From IMG/VR virus record IMGVR_UViG_3300045988_117041: a stretch of DNA of 64,000 bases; one strand, given 5' to 3'. The position numbers and the translations under genes were made by a program. Source of the DNA: a virus. Shown here in pieces: positions 9,873 through 19,438 of this stretch (position 1 is the stretch's first letter; each line of letters begins with the position of its first letter). Under the pieces are notes generated by a model that saw only the letters and a program-made list of their open reading frames with translations, was not told the DNA's origin and ran no database searches.

Positions 9873-10346
9873 ATGTTTAAGAGTATCAAAGACCTGTTTG
9901 TGTTAGACGTACAGGCGGCTAGAACTACGGCAAGTGACCCGTTACAGAAGTTCATGTTCCGTGTCACCATTAACGGTATGCCGTCCTCAATCGGATTCCA
10001 GAAGGTGTCCGGGCTGTCTAAAGAAATGGGTGTTGTAGAATACCAGGAAGGTGGGTATGACTACGCACACAAGCTGTCTGGAAGACCGAAGGTAGGGGAA
10101 GTCACAATGGAGCGTGGTGCTTTCGCAGACCGTTCCCTTGAAGAACTTTGGAAGAAGACCCTTATGGATTCCTCCGCAAGAAACACTATCATCATTGAAA
10201 TGTTAGACAGACAGGGTAATGTGTCCCGCACTTACAAACTTGCCGAAGCGTGGGTGAGTAAGTGGGAAGGTTCCGACCTTGACGCTACCAGTGATGATGT
10301 GGCAATCGAAAAGATTACCGTCCAGCATGAGTATTTCCTGGACTAA
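9873..10346 (+). CDS. Tail tube protein
   Basis: 157 aa. FMFRVTINGM...FQKVSGLSKEMGVVEYQEGG...HKLSGRPKVGEVTMERG matches the conserved gp19/CIS tube signature. Confidence 0.85.
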   Translation: MFKSIKDLFVLDVQAARTTASDPLQKFMFRVTINGMPSSIGFQKVSGLSKEMGVVEYQEGGYDYAHKLSGRPKVGEVTMERGAFADRSLEELWKKTLMDSSARNTIIIEMLDRQGNVSRTYKLAEAWVSKWEGSDLDATSDDVAIEKITVQHEYFLD

Positions 10347-10373
10347 TCTAATATAGCACTCTCCATAACAAGT

Positions 10374-10407
10374 CCCCTAATTAGTTGTTGCTAGTTAGGG
10401 GATTTTG
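10374..10407 (+). terminator. Terminator after the tube gene
   Basis: Stem CCCCTAATTAG pairs with CTAGTTAGGGG (one mismatch), followed by ATTTT. Confidence 0.55.
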
Positions 10408-10461
10408 GTTTATAATAGGCTTAAAACAAAATAACAACCTTTCATCAAGGAGGACAAGAAA

Positions 10462-11274
10462 TTGAAGAAATTAGTACCTAAAAAGAAAGTAGCAGAAAAG
10501 ACGGTTGAAAAGAGGGTTGATAGTGTTGCACAGAAATCCAACACTGGTAATCTTTCATTTCAAGTAGGTGTTAAAGACGAAGTGACAGGTGACACTTATA
10601 AATACTATGACATTCGTGGTCTTACGGGTGCTGACGAAGAAGAACTTGCCAAACCAGAGTACAGAAACAACAAAGGTAAGTTCATCAACGTTATCCTGTC
10701 CCGGTGTATCACCCATATCGGCCCATATGACAAAAAGACGTTGGACTTTAAGAAGTGGTATGAAGTGATACAGTCTTTAGTCATTGCAGACCAGGACTTA
10801 GCCCTTATGGAAATCCGTAAGAAGCTGACAGGTGATAATATCACTACAGAATCTATGTGTCCTGCGTGTAGCGCACGTCTTAAGACGGAAATGTCTATTG
10901 ACGAGTTCCCCATCAAACCCTATCTGGGTGAGACTGAATGGGAGAATGACCTGCCAGATGGTGTTGAGATTAATGGAGAAATCCGTACTCACTACACTAT
11001 GAGACTTCCTAATGGTCTTGACCGTGAACTGTATATGCCAGTGGCAGATAAGAACGCCGCGAAGGGAACTACACTGTTACTGTCCAGGCTTGCTACTTTT
11101 GAGGGTGTCGTTACTAACGCTGAGACGTTCCGTAACATGACATTATCAGACAGAAAGTATATGGAAGATGATTTAAACGAGCACAACTTTGGTTATGAGT
11201 TAATAGCTGAGGTTGAGTGTCCAGAGTGCGGTGAATCCTATAAGATTGCGGTGGGAAATGTAAATTTTACTTAA
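10462..11274 (+). CDS. Tail assembly chaperone-position protein with two zinc-ribbon motifs
   Basis: 270 aa with a TTG start after AAGGAGG. Contains CPAC...and...CPECGESY. Lies between tube and tape measure. Confidence 0.5.
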   Translation: MKKLVPKKKVAEKTVEKRVDSVAQKSNTGNLSFQVGVKDEVTGDTYKYYDIRGLTGADEEELAKPEYRNNKGKFINVILSRCITHIGPYDKKTLDFKKWYEVIQSLVIADQDLALMEIRKKLTGDNITTESMCPACSARLKTEMSIDEFPIKPYLGETEWENDLPDGVEINGEIRTHYTMRLPNGLDRELYMPVADKNAAKGTTLLLSRLATFEGVVTNAETFRNMTLSDRKYMEDDLNEHNFGYELIAEVECPECGESYKIAVGNVNFT

Positions 11275-11303
11275 ACACATTTTTCGCCCAGGAATTAGAG
11301 GGT

Positions 11304-11528
11304 GTGTGTGACCTAAAAGCGAGAGCATGGGAAATACACACCCTTGCTTATTGTTATCACTGGTCTTTAGCAGAAATAAAAGCACTTTCCGTTAAAGAAA
11401 GAAAAATGTGGTATTTAATGGTGCTTAAACAGAAAAGAGCAGAAGAAGTTGCATTGAAGGGCAAAGACAAAGTGGAACCATCACCACTTGATGAAATGCT
11501 AGAAGAAGAAAAGGACTTTGTAATATAA
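11304..11528 (+). CDS. Small tail-assembly protein (second chaperone-position ORF)
   Basis: 74 aa, directly upstream of the tape measure gene. The start codon is uncertain. Confidence 0.4.
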   Translation: MCDLKARAWEIHTLAYCYHWSLAEIKALSVKERKMWYLMVLKQKRAEEVALKGKDKVEPSPLDEMLEEEKDFVI

Positions 11529-11547
11529 GAGAAAGGAGGTTAATACT

Positions 11548-14500
11548 ATGGGCGCATTTGGTCTAGGTTTAGTGCTTAATTTTACCGATAACGCAACCGC
11601 AGGTATGAATAAAGTTTCTAACACCTTTAATTTAATGTCGCAAAACGCAGACGCTATGGTGTCGTCTGTAGAAGGTTCACTGAGTAGATTGTCGAACATG
11701 GGTATTATTGGTTCAACACTCATGCAGTTTGGTGATACCATGCAATCCGCAGGAGCGGGAATTTTAAACACCTACGAAAAAATCGGTAATAAAATAACTT
11801 CTATCGGTATGGATATGTACTCTGCAAGAGCACAGCTAACATCATTGTATGGTGGTGCTGACCCTGCCGAGGAACAGTTAAACAATATTATGACTTATGC
11901 AAGAAAGTCGGTGTTTGCTTATCAAGACGTGTTAAAAGCCGTCATTATGATGAAAGCAAATGGTATTGAAGCACTAGAGGAAGTAACAAGCACAAGTGGT
12001 AAGTCAACACAGAAGTTGATGGACTATGCTTCCGACCTAGCCGCATTTAACCCGCAAATGCGTAACTCATACGGAACTGGTGTTAGAGCCGCTATGGGTG
12101 CTATCAATGAGTACATAGCAGAAGGTAACGCTATTTCATTGAAACGTGGTGCGTCCCTAGATATTAACTCCATTCTGGGAGAAGATAAGGGTGCAACGAT
12201 TGAAGAACGTACAAGACAGATAGCAGACCTCATGGAGAAGTTAAACATGGTTGGTCTTACTGCTGGTCTTGCAGGAACACCTATGCAACAGTTATCTAAC
12301 ATGGGCGACTTAGTGTTCCAGACGTTTTCAAAAATATCTGATAATGGTGTGTTTGAGAAGTTTAGTGAAATACTTGCAACTCTCACCACACCTATACAAA
12401 GACTTGCGGACGAGACAGATATATTTGACCGTGTAGCAAGGTCTTTAGCTGACGCTATGTTAGCCATTATGAATCCTATTCAGAAGGTTGCAGAGTATCT
12501 AGCAACGTGGATAGAACCTATATTAGAGTTTGTAGCACAACACCCTAAACTTGTAGCCATGATAGGTGTCATTGGTGGTATAGCGGGTGTGTCATTACTC
12601 GCCGCAGGTATGTTACTCAAACTTGTAGGTAGTATTACCATGTTACAAGTAAGCCTGGGACTTTTAAGATTGAGCGGGTTAGGTGGTATAGGTATATTTA
12701 AGATGATGATTACCGCTGTAGGTGGTCTTATATCTGCAATAGCACCTTTTGTAGCCATAGCCTTTTTAATGTATGAAGCCTGGACTAATAACATTCTGGG
12801 TATACGTGATGCGTTGACCGCGTTCATACAAGACGTTATGTTCTTAGGGACTGTGTTAGTAGACGCTTTGAGTGATGATACAATTTCCTATGATATGTGG
12901 GTGAAAGCCCGTGACATGGGACTATTGCCCTTCATAGAAACAATACTTGACCTTAAGTATAACGTGATTGATTTTATCAATGGGTTTAAGCAAGGACTAC
13001 AAGACATTAAGTCTTTTGTAGACCAAGTAGCAAACACCATGACACCGTTTGGATTCACGTTAAAAGACATTACAGACAAGGTTACAGAACTACTTGATAA
13101 GTTTGTAGGGTTCAAGTTTTCGTCTGGCTGGGAAAGCGCGGGAAAGACATTCGCTATCATAGGAAGTGCTTTACTTGTAGCATTACCCGCAATTAAGATA
13201 GTGTCTATACTGTTTGGTGCTATGACCTCACCTATTGGACTTATTGCCGCAGGAATAGCTTTAGTAGTCATGAACTTTGACAAGCTGAAAGAAGTCCTGG
13301 GTAATATACCGGGTATGATTGAAAACCTAGACCTTAAGTCTTTAGGAGGTTATATATCTGCCGCGTTGTTAGGACTTTTAGCAACTATCAAAGGTGGTTC
13401 ATTCGCCTCTGGTTTTGCCAGTGTTATGTTGGGTGTGTTCAAAGGCGGGTTTGGGTTATTAATGAGTTTAGGCTCCTTCTTTGGCCCAATGATAATTAAG
13501 TTCTTTCCTATGTTAGTCAAAGGTCTTTGGAGCATGATACCAGCAGGTATACAGTTATTTGCTGGTCTGTTTGCGGGTGTGTTTACAAAAATGCTACCCC
13601 TGTTTGGTGCTAAAGTCATTGCGCTAGGCGGTAGAGTACTTGCACCTATACTGTCTATCTTTGGTGGTCTGGGCGCGAAGTTATTACCTTTACTACTGAA
13701 AGTAGGAGGGACATTATTGGGTGCCATTGGTGCTATATTCGGGCCTATCATAAGTGCTATAGGCGGTGTTCCTCTGTTAATTGGTGGTGCTATCATAGCC
13801 GCTATTGCTGTAGTAGTAGCGTTGATAACCAATAACGGTGAAGGAATAAAGAACGCCTTTGAGAAGATATGGAACGCAATACCAGAACCTATACAGGGTG
13901 TTATCATTAAAGTAGGTCAAATGCTGTCCGGGTTAGCAAATAAGCTGATAGACGCATTAGGACTTAGACCTTTAATGAACACCATACAGCAGAACCTTCC
14001 ACAGATTATTCAGTGGTTCAGTAACCTAGGAAACCAGATATTAGGTATATTCAGTAAGTTAATCACCTGGGTAAAGGGTGCATGGGACGGATGGCTGGGA
14101 GACCTTATAAGAAACATTGGTTCCTTTGTGGGTAATGTAATCACAATCGTAGGTGGTCTGTTAGCTGTACTGATTCCTATAGTCATGGACTTAATCAGTG
14201 GTATACTTGATGTAGTGTTACCTATCGTTGACGGAATTGGTGCTATCATCAATGACGTTATGGACGTAGTGAACGGTATACTAGAGTTTATCATTGGTGT
14301 GTTCACTGGTGACTGGGGTAAAGCCTGGGACGGTGTTGTGTCTACGTTCTCTGGCATATTCAACGCCGTGAAAGATATTTTTAAGACAGTTATCAATGCA
14401 GTAATAGGTCTTGCGAATAAGTTTATCGGTGCACTGAATAAGATAAGTATTCCGGGAACAGATATAGGTGTTAATATTCCAGAGATACCGTTACTGAACA

Positions 14501-14844
14501 CTGGTGGTTATGTAGAAAAAGAGGGCGCGGCAGTATTGCACCCGTCCGAGATTGTAGTCAATGCACCAATGACAAAGAAACTGGACGAGTTCTTGAATAA
14601 CCAAGACAGAGCAGTGCCTAACGCTGGTGCCGTACCTACACAGGTAACACCGCCAGCAGTAACCGCAGATTCACATGACGATTACAGTGTTAAGTTTGAG
14701 CAAGGAAGTATTGTCATTCAAGCACAGAAGGGTATGTCCGAAGCTGAAATGCGTCAGATGGCAGAAACCATCATGAAGTATGCAGAGCGCAAGAGAGAAA
14801 TAGACGCTATGGCAAGAAAGCCTAAAAAGGAGGTGTATGCTTAA
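11548..14844 (+). CDS. Tail tape measure protein
   Basis: 1098 aa with a long G/A/I/L-rich hydrophobic centre. Canonical position after the chaperones. Confidence 0.85.
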   Translation: MGAFGLGLVLNFTDNATAGMNKVSNTFNLMSQNADAMVSSVEGSLSRLSNMGIIGSTLMQFGDTMQSAGAGILNTYEKIGNKITSIGMDMYSARAQLTSLYGGADPAEEQLNNIMTYARKSVFAYQDVLKAVIMMKANGIEALEEVTSTSGKSTQKLMDYASDLAAFNPQMRNSYGTGVRAAMGAINEYIAEGNAISLKRGASLDINSILGEDKGATIEERTRQIADLMEKLNMVGLTAGLAGTPMQQLSNMGDLVFQTFSKISDNGVFEKFSEILATLTTPIQRLADETDIFDRVARSLADAMLAIMNPIQKVAEYLATWIEPILEFVAQHPKLVAMIGVIGGIAGVSLLAAGMLLKLVGSITMLQVSLGLLRLSGLGGIGIFKMMITAVGGLISAIAPFVAIAFLMYEAWTNNILGIRDALTAFIQDVMFLGTVLVDALSDDTISYDMWVKARDMGLLPFIETILDLKYNVIDFINGFKQGLQDIKSFVDQVANTMTPFGFTLKDITDKVTELLDKFVGFKFSSGWESAGKTFAIIGSALLVALPAIKIVSILFGAMTSPIGLIAAGIALVVMNFDKLKEVLGNIPGMIENLDLKSLGGYISAALLGLLATIKGGSFASGFASVMLGVFKGGFGLLMSLGSFFGPMIIKFFPMLVKGLWSMIPAGIQLFAGLFAGVFTKMLPLFGAKVIALGGRVLAPILSIFGGLGAKLLPLLLKVGGTLLGAIGAIFGPIISAIGGVPLLIGGAIIAAIAVVVALITNNGEGIKNAFEKIWNAIPEPIQGVIIKVGQMLSGLANKLIDALGLRPLMNTIQQNLPQIIQWFSNLGNQILGIFSKLITWVKGAWDGWLGDLIRNIGSFVGNVITIVGGLLAVLIPIVMDLISGILDVVLPIVDGIGAIINDVMDVVNGILEFIIGVFTGDWGKAWDGVVSTFSGIFNAVKDIFKTVINAVIGLANKFIGALNKISIPGTDIGVNIPEIPLLNTGGYVEKEGAAVLHPSEIVVNAPMTKKLDEFLNNQDRAVPNAGAVPTQVTPPAVTADSHDDYSVKFEQGSIVIQAQKGMSEAEMRQMAETIMKYAERKREIDAMARKPKKEVYA

Positions 14845-15272
14845 TGGCAAAGATAACCAAAGGTTATTTAAAGAACATGGACACCGGGAGTATTAAAAAG
14901 TTCCAGTATAACCCAACACACTTTCAACACGGGAAAAATGCAACCTACGTGAATATTGAAGCCGTAGGTATGCACCACCCCATCATTGCATTTGTGAAAG
15001 GTGAAGCAGAAGAATTTCCTATGGAAATTTATATGTATGACAATCCGTCCACAGGTAAGATTGCGTCATTTGAGAAATTCATATTGAGTTTAATGCCGAA
15101 GGACAGAAACCCGTCCGTGTTTACAAAACCAGCTAGTGTTATTGTTGCATACGGACGCACAGTTAAAAAGTGTGTTGTGACCGGGTATACAGTAGACGAG
15201 ACTATGCACGATAGAAAGCTGAATGTCATGGAAGCAACGTTCACAATAAACTTCAAAACGATAGGAGGGTGA
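14844..15272 (+). CDS. Tube-fold (tube-initiator-like) tail protein
   Basis: 142 aa. KKFQYNPTHFQHGK...PMEIYMYD resembles CIS tube-fold proteins. Lies after the tape measure gene. Confidence 0.45.
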   Translation: MAKITKGYLKNMDTGSIKKFQYNPTHFQHGKNATYVNIEAVGMHHPIIAFVKGEAEEFPMEIYMYDNPSTGKIASFEKFILSLMPKDRNPSVFTKPASVIVAYGRTVKKCVVTGYTVDETMHDRKLNVMEATFTINFKTIGG

Positions 15273-15277
15273 TTCCA

Positions 15278-15571
15278 GTGTTATTTCAAGGTAGTAGGTA
15301 TCTTTCCTGTAAGCTACACTTACAGAGCGGGGAAACACCAATTCTGACGTTTAGAAGACCATACAAATTCAACATTGATAAAGCTACAACTTATGTGTTC
15401 AAGGAATTTGATACAATCGACTATATAGCGTATAAGACTTATGGTGATTCACGTCTGTATTGGGCTATACTTGACGCAAACCCACAGTATCAAAGTGAAT
15501 TAGAAATACAGGTAGGGGACGTGTTAATAGTCCCCGCCTATGACGAGGTGGTGACATTGAGTGGCAAGTAA
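15278..15571 (+). CDS. LysM-like tail protein (P2 gpX / XkdP-like)
   Basis: FDTIDYIAYKTYGDSRLYWAILDANPQ...VGDVLIVP fits the LysM/gpX pattern. GTG 15278 lies 8 nt after GGAGGG. Confidence 0.6.
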   Translation: MLFQGSRYLSCKLHLQSGETPILTFRRPYKFNIDKATTYVFKEFDTIDYIAYKTYGDSRLYWAILDANPQYQSELEIQVGDVLIVPAYDEVVTLSGK

Positions 15572-16391
15572 GTATGTAATGGCGGTGTATGATATGACAC
15601 TGAATGGCAGTGATTTAACTACCAAACAAAGAAGTTGTATTAATGCCGTAAACATCATGCACAGTAGTAAAGGTGCAGACACCATGACCGTGAATGTCAC
15701 AGACCCGGACTTTGTATATATCAATGATGATATTTTCGTAGATGATGTGCCAATAACAGCGGACGTGTATTTCCTCAATAATAACACCAAAGATTCATTT
15801 TCTGGTTTTATATCCGCAATAGATATAACTTTCCCAGAAGACGGAAATCCGACACTGGTGTTGAACTGTATTGATGAAACGTATCGTATGACCCGTGGCA
15901 AGAAAAAGCGTTCCTGGACTAATACCACAAGTGCCGCAGTTGTACAGGCAATCGCCGCCGAATATGGTTATCAGTGTGTGACCGAAGCCGGGTATGCTTT
16001 TGAGACACAAGAGACCATAGCCCAAGACAACACAACAGACGCGGATTTTATAGATAAACTCGCGCAAGATGAAATAGAGGACTTCATGTTTAAGTTAGTA
16101 GGTAACACCTTGTACTACGTTAAACACGCCGTAATAGGTGAACCATCAACACACCTTTATTACAGGAGTAATGACTACAGCGTAAAGTCATTTAGTCCGC
16201 AGATTAATAAAGAGACAAAGAAGGTAGAAAGTAAGGCAGACGTTATAACACCTGCAACTAAAGCGAAAGACAGTGCTAGTGTTGCAGGAGGTGGTGAAGG
16301 TTCCGCGTCAACGTCTGGCGGTCAAGTAACACCAGACAGTCAAAAGAACATGAAGTACAATAACAAGACTGGAAAATGGAGTGAGGTGTAG
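15561..16391 (+). CDS. Late-control gpD-like baseplate hub protein
   Basis: 276 aa. The N-terminus YDMTLNGSDLT...ADTMTVNVTDPD is gpD-like, and the position matches XkdQ. Confidence 0.45.
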   Translation: MASKYVMAVYDMTLNGSDLTTKQRSCINAVNIMHSSKGADTMTVNVTDPDFVYINDDIFVDDVPITADVYFLNNNTKDSFSGFISAIDITFPEDGNPTLVLNCIDETYRMTRGKKKRSWTNTTSAAVVQAIAAEYGYQCVTEAGYAFETQETIAQDNTTDADFIDKLAQDEIEDFMFKLVGNTLYYVKHAVIGEPSTHLYYRSNDYSVKSFSPQINKETKKVESKADVITPATKAKDSASVAGGGEGSASTSGGQVTPDSQKNMKYNNKTGKWSEV

Positions 16392-16394
16392 TTT

Positions 16395-17090
16395 ATGAGT
16401 GTTTCGTATAATGAACCAATAGGGCCAAGTAATAACCCTACAGGAATGAAGTATGACCCAAAGACAGGTAGTTGGACACCCTCATATGCACCTACTTCCA
16501 AAGGCGGTAAATCAAACACTGCAAGTAACGGAACCGCTGGGGACAGTAATGGAGGTTTAGGTACTGATAAGAAAGACAGTGCCGCAGGTAAAGCCAAAAA
16601 AGAAGCGGTAGAAATTGAGAGTAACACCCTCACCGCAGAAGTACCTTTGGTTCCATCAAACAAGACACTTGCTATCAAAGTTAGAGATACTGTAGCAATA
16701 AACGGCGTGGGAAAGTATTTGAGTGGCAATTACTACGTGACTAATAAGACAGTGGCACTAGATACCAGTTCTGGTATCACTGTCTCAATCAGTGTTGTAA
16801 AGTCAAAGTTTGCGGATAACATGAAAACACCTACAGAGTTATCCGAGGACGATATAGTAACACTGAACGGGCCAGAACCAGAACCCAGGGTAGAACCCGT
16901 GGAATTAGAGTATGCAGATACTTTAAGAGTAGGTGATAAAGTAAAACTGTTTGACCCCAGTGAGTTAGGTGTATCAACACCTGTAGCAAACGGTGTGTTG
17001 ACCGTAAGTAAGATAAAAGAAGATAACACCAAAGTGTTACTGAGGGAGTTATTCTGCTGGGTAGAAACTGATTTTGTATATAAAGTGTAG
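16395..17090 (+). CDS. Hypothetical baseplate/hub-associated protein
   Basis: 231 aa with an SD, located between the gpD-like and gpV-like genes. Confidence 0.5.
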   Translation: MSVSYNEPIGPSNNPTGMKYDPKTGSWTPSYAPTSKGGKSNTASNGTAGDSNGGLGTDKKDSAAGKAKKEAVEIESNTLTAEVPLVPSNKTLAIKVRDTVAINGVGKYLSGNYYVTNKTVALDTSSGITVSISVVKSKFADNMKTPTELSEDDIVTLNGPEPEPRVEPVELEYADTLRVGDKVKLFDPSELGVSTPVANGVLTVSKIKEDNTKVLLRELFCWVETDFVYKV

Positions 17091-17101
17091 AGGTGATTGC
17101 A

Positions 17102-17542
17102 ATGAGTAGTAAAGTGTTAGCAGGAATGTACAGAGGAACAGTAGTAAGTGTAGACGACCCGGAGAACAGATACAGAGTTTTAGTGTGTGTCCCTAGCGTT
17201 ACAGGTGAATATGCCGCTGGCTGGGCTGAACCGTGTTTTCAGTATTGTGCCGATACAGAAGGTGATTGTTTCCTTCCCGTAGTTGGAGACACCTTATGGG
17301 TTATGTTTGAAGAAGGTAAGTTAAACAGACCTGTGTGGATTGGAAACTGGTATTCTACAGCTAAAGCACCACAGGACATTGCCACCAGTAAAACAAAACG
17401 TGTCATTATGTACCAGGGTACTAAAATTGTAATTGGTGGGGGTGTTGTAGAAGTAGTAGGAAACCTTGCAGTACAAGGCAACATTACCGCAACAGGAAGT
17501 ATAAGTGCAACCGGTACAGTGACGGGCAGTAATATAAGATAG
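17102..17542 (+). CDS. Baseplate spike, gpV/gp5 OB-fold family
   Basis: GTVVSVDDPENRYRVLVCVPSVTG...WAEPC...VGDTLWVMFEEGKLNRPVWIG matches the gpV signature. Confidence 0.75.
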   Translation: MSSKVLAGMYRGTVVSVDDPENRYRVLVCVPSVTGEYAAGWAEPCFQYCADTEGDCFLPVVGDTLWVMFEEGKLNRPVWIGNWYSTAKAPQDIATSKTKRVIMYQGTKIVIGGGVVEVVGNLAVQGNITATGSISATGTVTGSNIR

Positions 17543-17552
17543 AGGTGATTTA

Positions 17553-17951
17553 ATGAGTGACAGAAAGCAAATACGGGGAATAAGTTTCCCGTTCCGTATC
17601 AACGTGAGAGGTGGTATTGCTATGAGTGTTACAAACACAAACACCTTTACACATACGGACGAAGCTATACATCAGTTGTTGACTACAGAGCGGGGAGAAC
17701 GTTTAATGGAGTTCTACCTGTATTCTGATTTGGACACACTGATTTTTGAACCCAATGACGAGACCACCAAAAGTCTTTTGGAGTTTGAAGTTAAGGACAC
17801 GATACAGACACATTTGAGTGACACCCTAGAGATTGACGATATACAGGTGACACAAGACAAAAACCTTATATTTGCAGATATTACATACCACCTTGTAAAC
17901 TTTGGTGGTAATCTGCATACAACGAGGGTGCAGATAGGAGGTTATCAGTAA
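17553..17951 (+). CDS. Baseplate wedge protein, gpW/gp25 family
   Basis: GISFPFRIN...IHQLLTTERGERLMEF...FEPND matches the GPW_gp25 signature. Confidence 0.8.
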   Translation: MSDRKQIRGISFPFRINVRGGIAMSVTNTNTFTHTDEAIHQLLTTERGERLMEFYLYSDLDTLIFEPNDETTKSLLEFEVKDTIQTHLSDTLEIDDIQVTQDKNLIFADITYHLVNFGGNLHTTRVQIGGYQ

Positions 17952-19438
17952 TGAGTAATGTAGGCAACAATATGTTAGACTACACCAACAGGGATTATGA
18001 ATCCGTGAGAAATGACCTTGTGTCCACTCTGCCAAAATACCTACCAGAGTACACGGACACGTCAGAATTAGACCCTGGAATCGTCATACTAGAGTTAATC
18101 AGCCGGGGAATAGATATACTCAACTTCTACCAGGATTCACAAGCTAATGAAGTGTTTTTGCAGTATGCGCAACAGAGGGAAAATATACTTGCAAACAGCT
18201 ATTCACTGGGTTACACCCCGGCAGAAGCAACACCATCTATATTTGATTTGGTCTTTGTGTTGAACAGTGTACAGAAACAGGCTGTGACAATACCCATGGG
18301 ATTTAAAGTGCACACTGTTAAGACAGAGGTTGACAGTGAAGTGTATTTTGAGACCACAAAAGACCTTGTTATTCCAGCGGGAAGTTTAGGTAATGAGAAA
18401 GACACCAGCGGTAATTATCTGTACACCGTAGAAGCAATACAGGGACAGACAATCGAAAGTGAATTAGTCGGAACCAGTACGGGTGCTGAGAACCAGGAGT
18501 TTACACTTGCATACGCGCCTGTAATATACACCAGTGTTTCATTGCTGATTAATGAAGGTACTGGTTTTACACAGTGGGACAGAGTAGATAATTTCATTGA
18601 TAGTCTTCCAGACAGTAAGCACTTCCGTGTCGTACTGAATATGGATAACAAAGCAAAGATTATCTTTGGTAATGGTGTTAGTGGTAAAATACCTAAACCT
18701 TACAAGAACGGTATCTACGCTTACTACAGAATCGGTGGTGGAACGATAGGTAATGTAGGTGAGAACACCATCACTGAAATGAATACCAGACCAGCGGTAG
18801 TGAAAGAGTGTTTCAATCCTAAACGCGCAAGAGTACAAGCCACAGACAAGGAAACCAATGACGAGGTTAGAATAAACGCACCAAAGTATAACATGACGAA
18901 GTATGCACCAGTGCGGGAGGAAGACCACTCTTATCTAGTGTTAAAGGAGTTCAAGACCAAACTTAAATTTGCGTCCGCGATAAGAGACCCAGATGATGTG
19001 GATTTAATTGACCTGTATGTGTTAGTCCGGGAAGAATACAGTGATACGTTCACACTTGATGATACACTTAAGGCAGAGATTGAATCCTACTTTGCAGAGT
19101 GTCAGATTGTGGGATGTAAACTGAAAGCATACCCGCCGACTTATAAGTCTATTGGTCTTGATTGTACACTTGAAGTAAAAGACACGTTTTTGCGGGACGA
19201 AGTGAAAGCTAATGTTGAGCAGTATTTAAGACAGTATTTCAAAATAGGTTATTATGATTTTGGACAAGAGTTATCCTTGACCGACCTTGAAGGTCTTGTG
19301 TCTACCAACATTGACGGCATAAGGGTGTTCCGTATAAACACAACACCATTGACAATAGTCCCGGCTAAGAGTGAGATTTTAACTTTAGGTTCGTTGACTA
19401 TATCCGCTACAGGAGGTGCTAAAGTTGTCACGAATTAA
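17951..19438 (+). CDS. Baseplate J-like protein
   Basis: 495 aa, directly after the gpW-like gene. Size and order match gpJ/XkdT. Confidence 0.7.
   Translation: MSNVGNNMLDYTNRDYESVRNDLVSTLPKYLPEYTDTSELDPGIVILELISRGIDILNFYQDSQANEVFLQYAQQRENILANSYSLGYTPAEATPSIFDLVFVLNSVQKQAVTIPMGFKVHTVKTEVDSEVYFETTKDLVIPAGSLGNEKDTSGNYLYTVEAIQGQTIESELVGTSTGAENQEFTLAYAPVIYTSVSLLINEGTGFTQWDRVDNFIDSLPDSKHFRVVLNMDNKAKIIFGNGVSGKIPKPYKNGIYAYYRIGGGTIGNVGENTITEMNTRPAVVKECFNPKRARVQATDKETNDEVRINAPKYNMTKYAPVREEDHSYLVLKEFKTKLKFASAIRDPDDVDLIDLYVLVREEYSDTFTLDDTLKAEIESYFAECQIVGCKLKAYPPTYKSIGLDCTLEVKDTFLRDEVKANVEQYLRQYFKIGYYDFGQELSLTDLEGLVSTNIDGIRVFRINTTPLTIVPAKSEILTLGSLTISATGGAKVVTN

Noticed and set aside
10462-11528. A programmed frameshift between the two chaperone-position ORFs upstream of the tape measure gene.
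   Set aside because: The ORFs are separated by a stop codon and about 30 nt without overlap, and no slippery heptamer sits at the end of the first ORF.
12024-13907. Long minus-strand ORFs inside the tape measure gene (12024-12467, 12480-12827, 12888-13283, 13350-13907), and similar antisense ORFs elsewhere (for example 22100-22549, 32563-33111, 44411-44848, 55157-55561).
   Set aside because: They are shadow ORFs opposite strongly supported + strand genes. They have no SD sequences, low-complexity translations, and no room for promoters.
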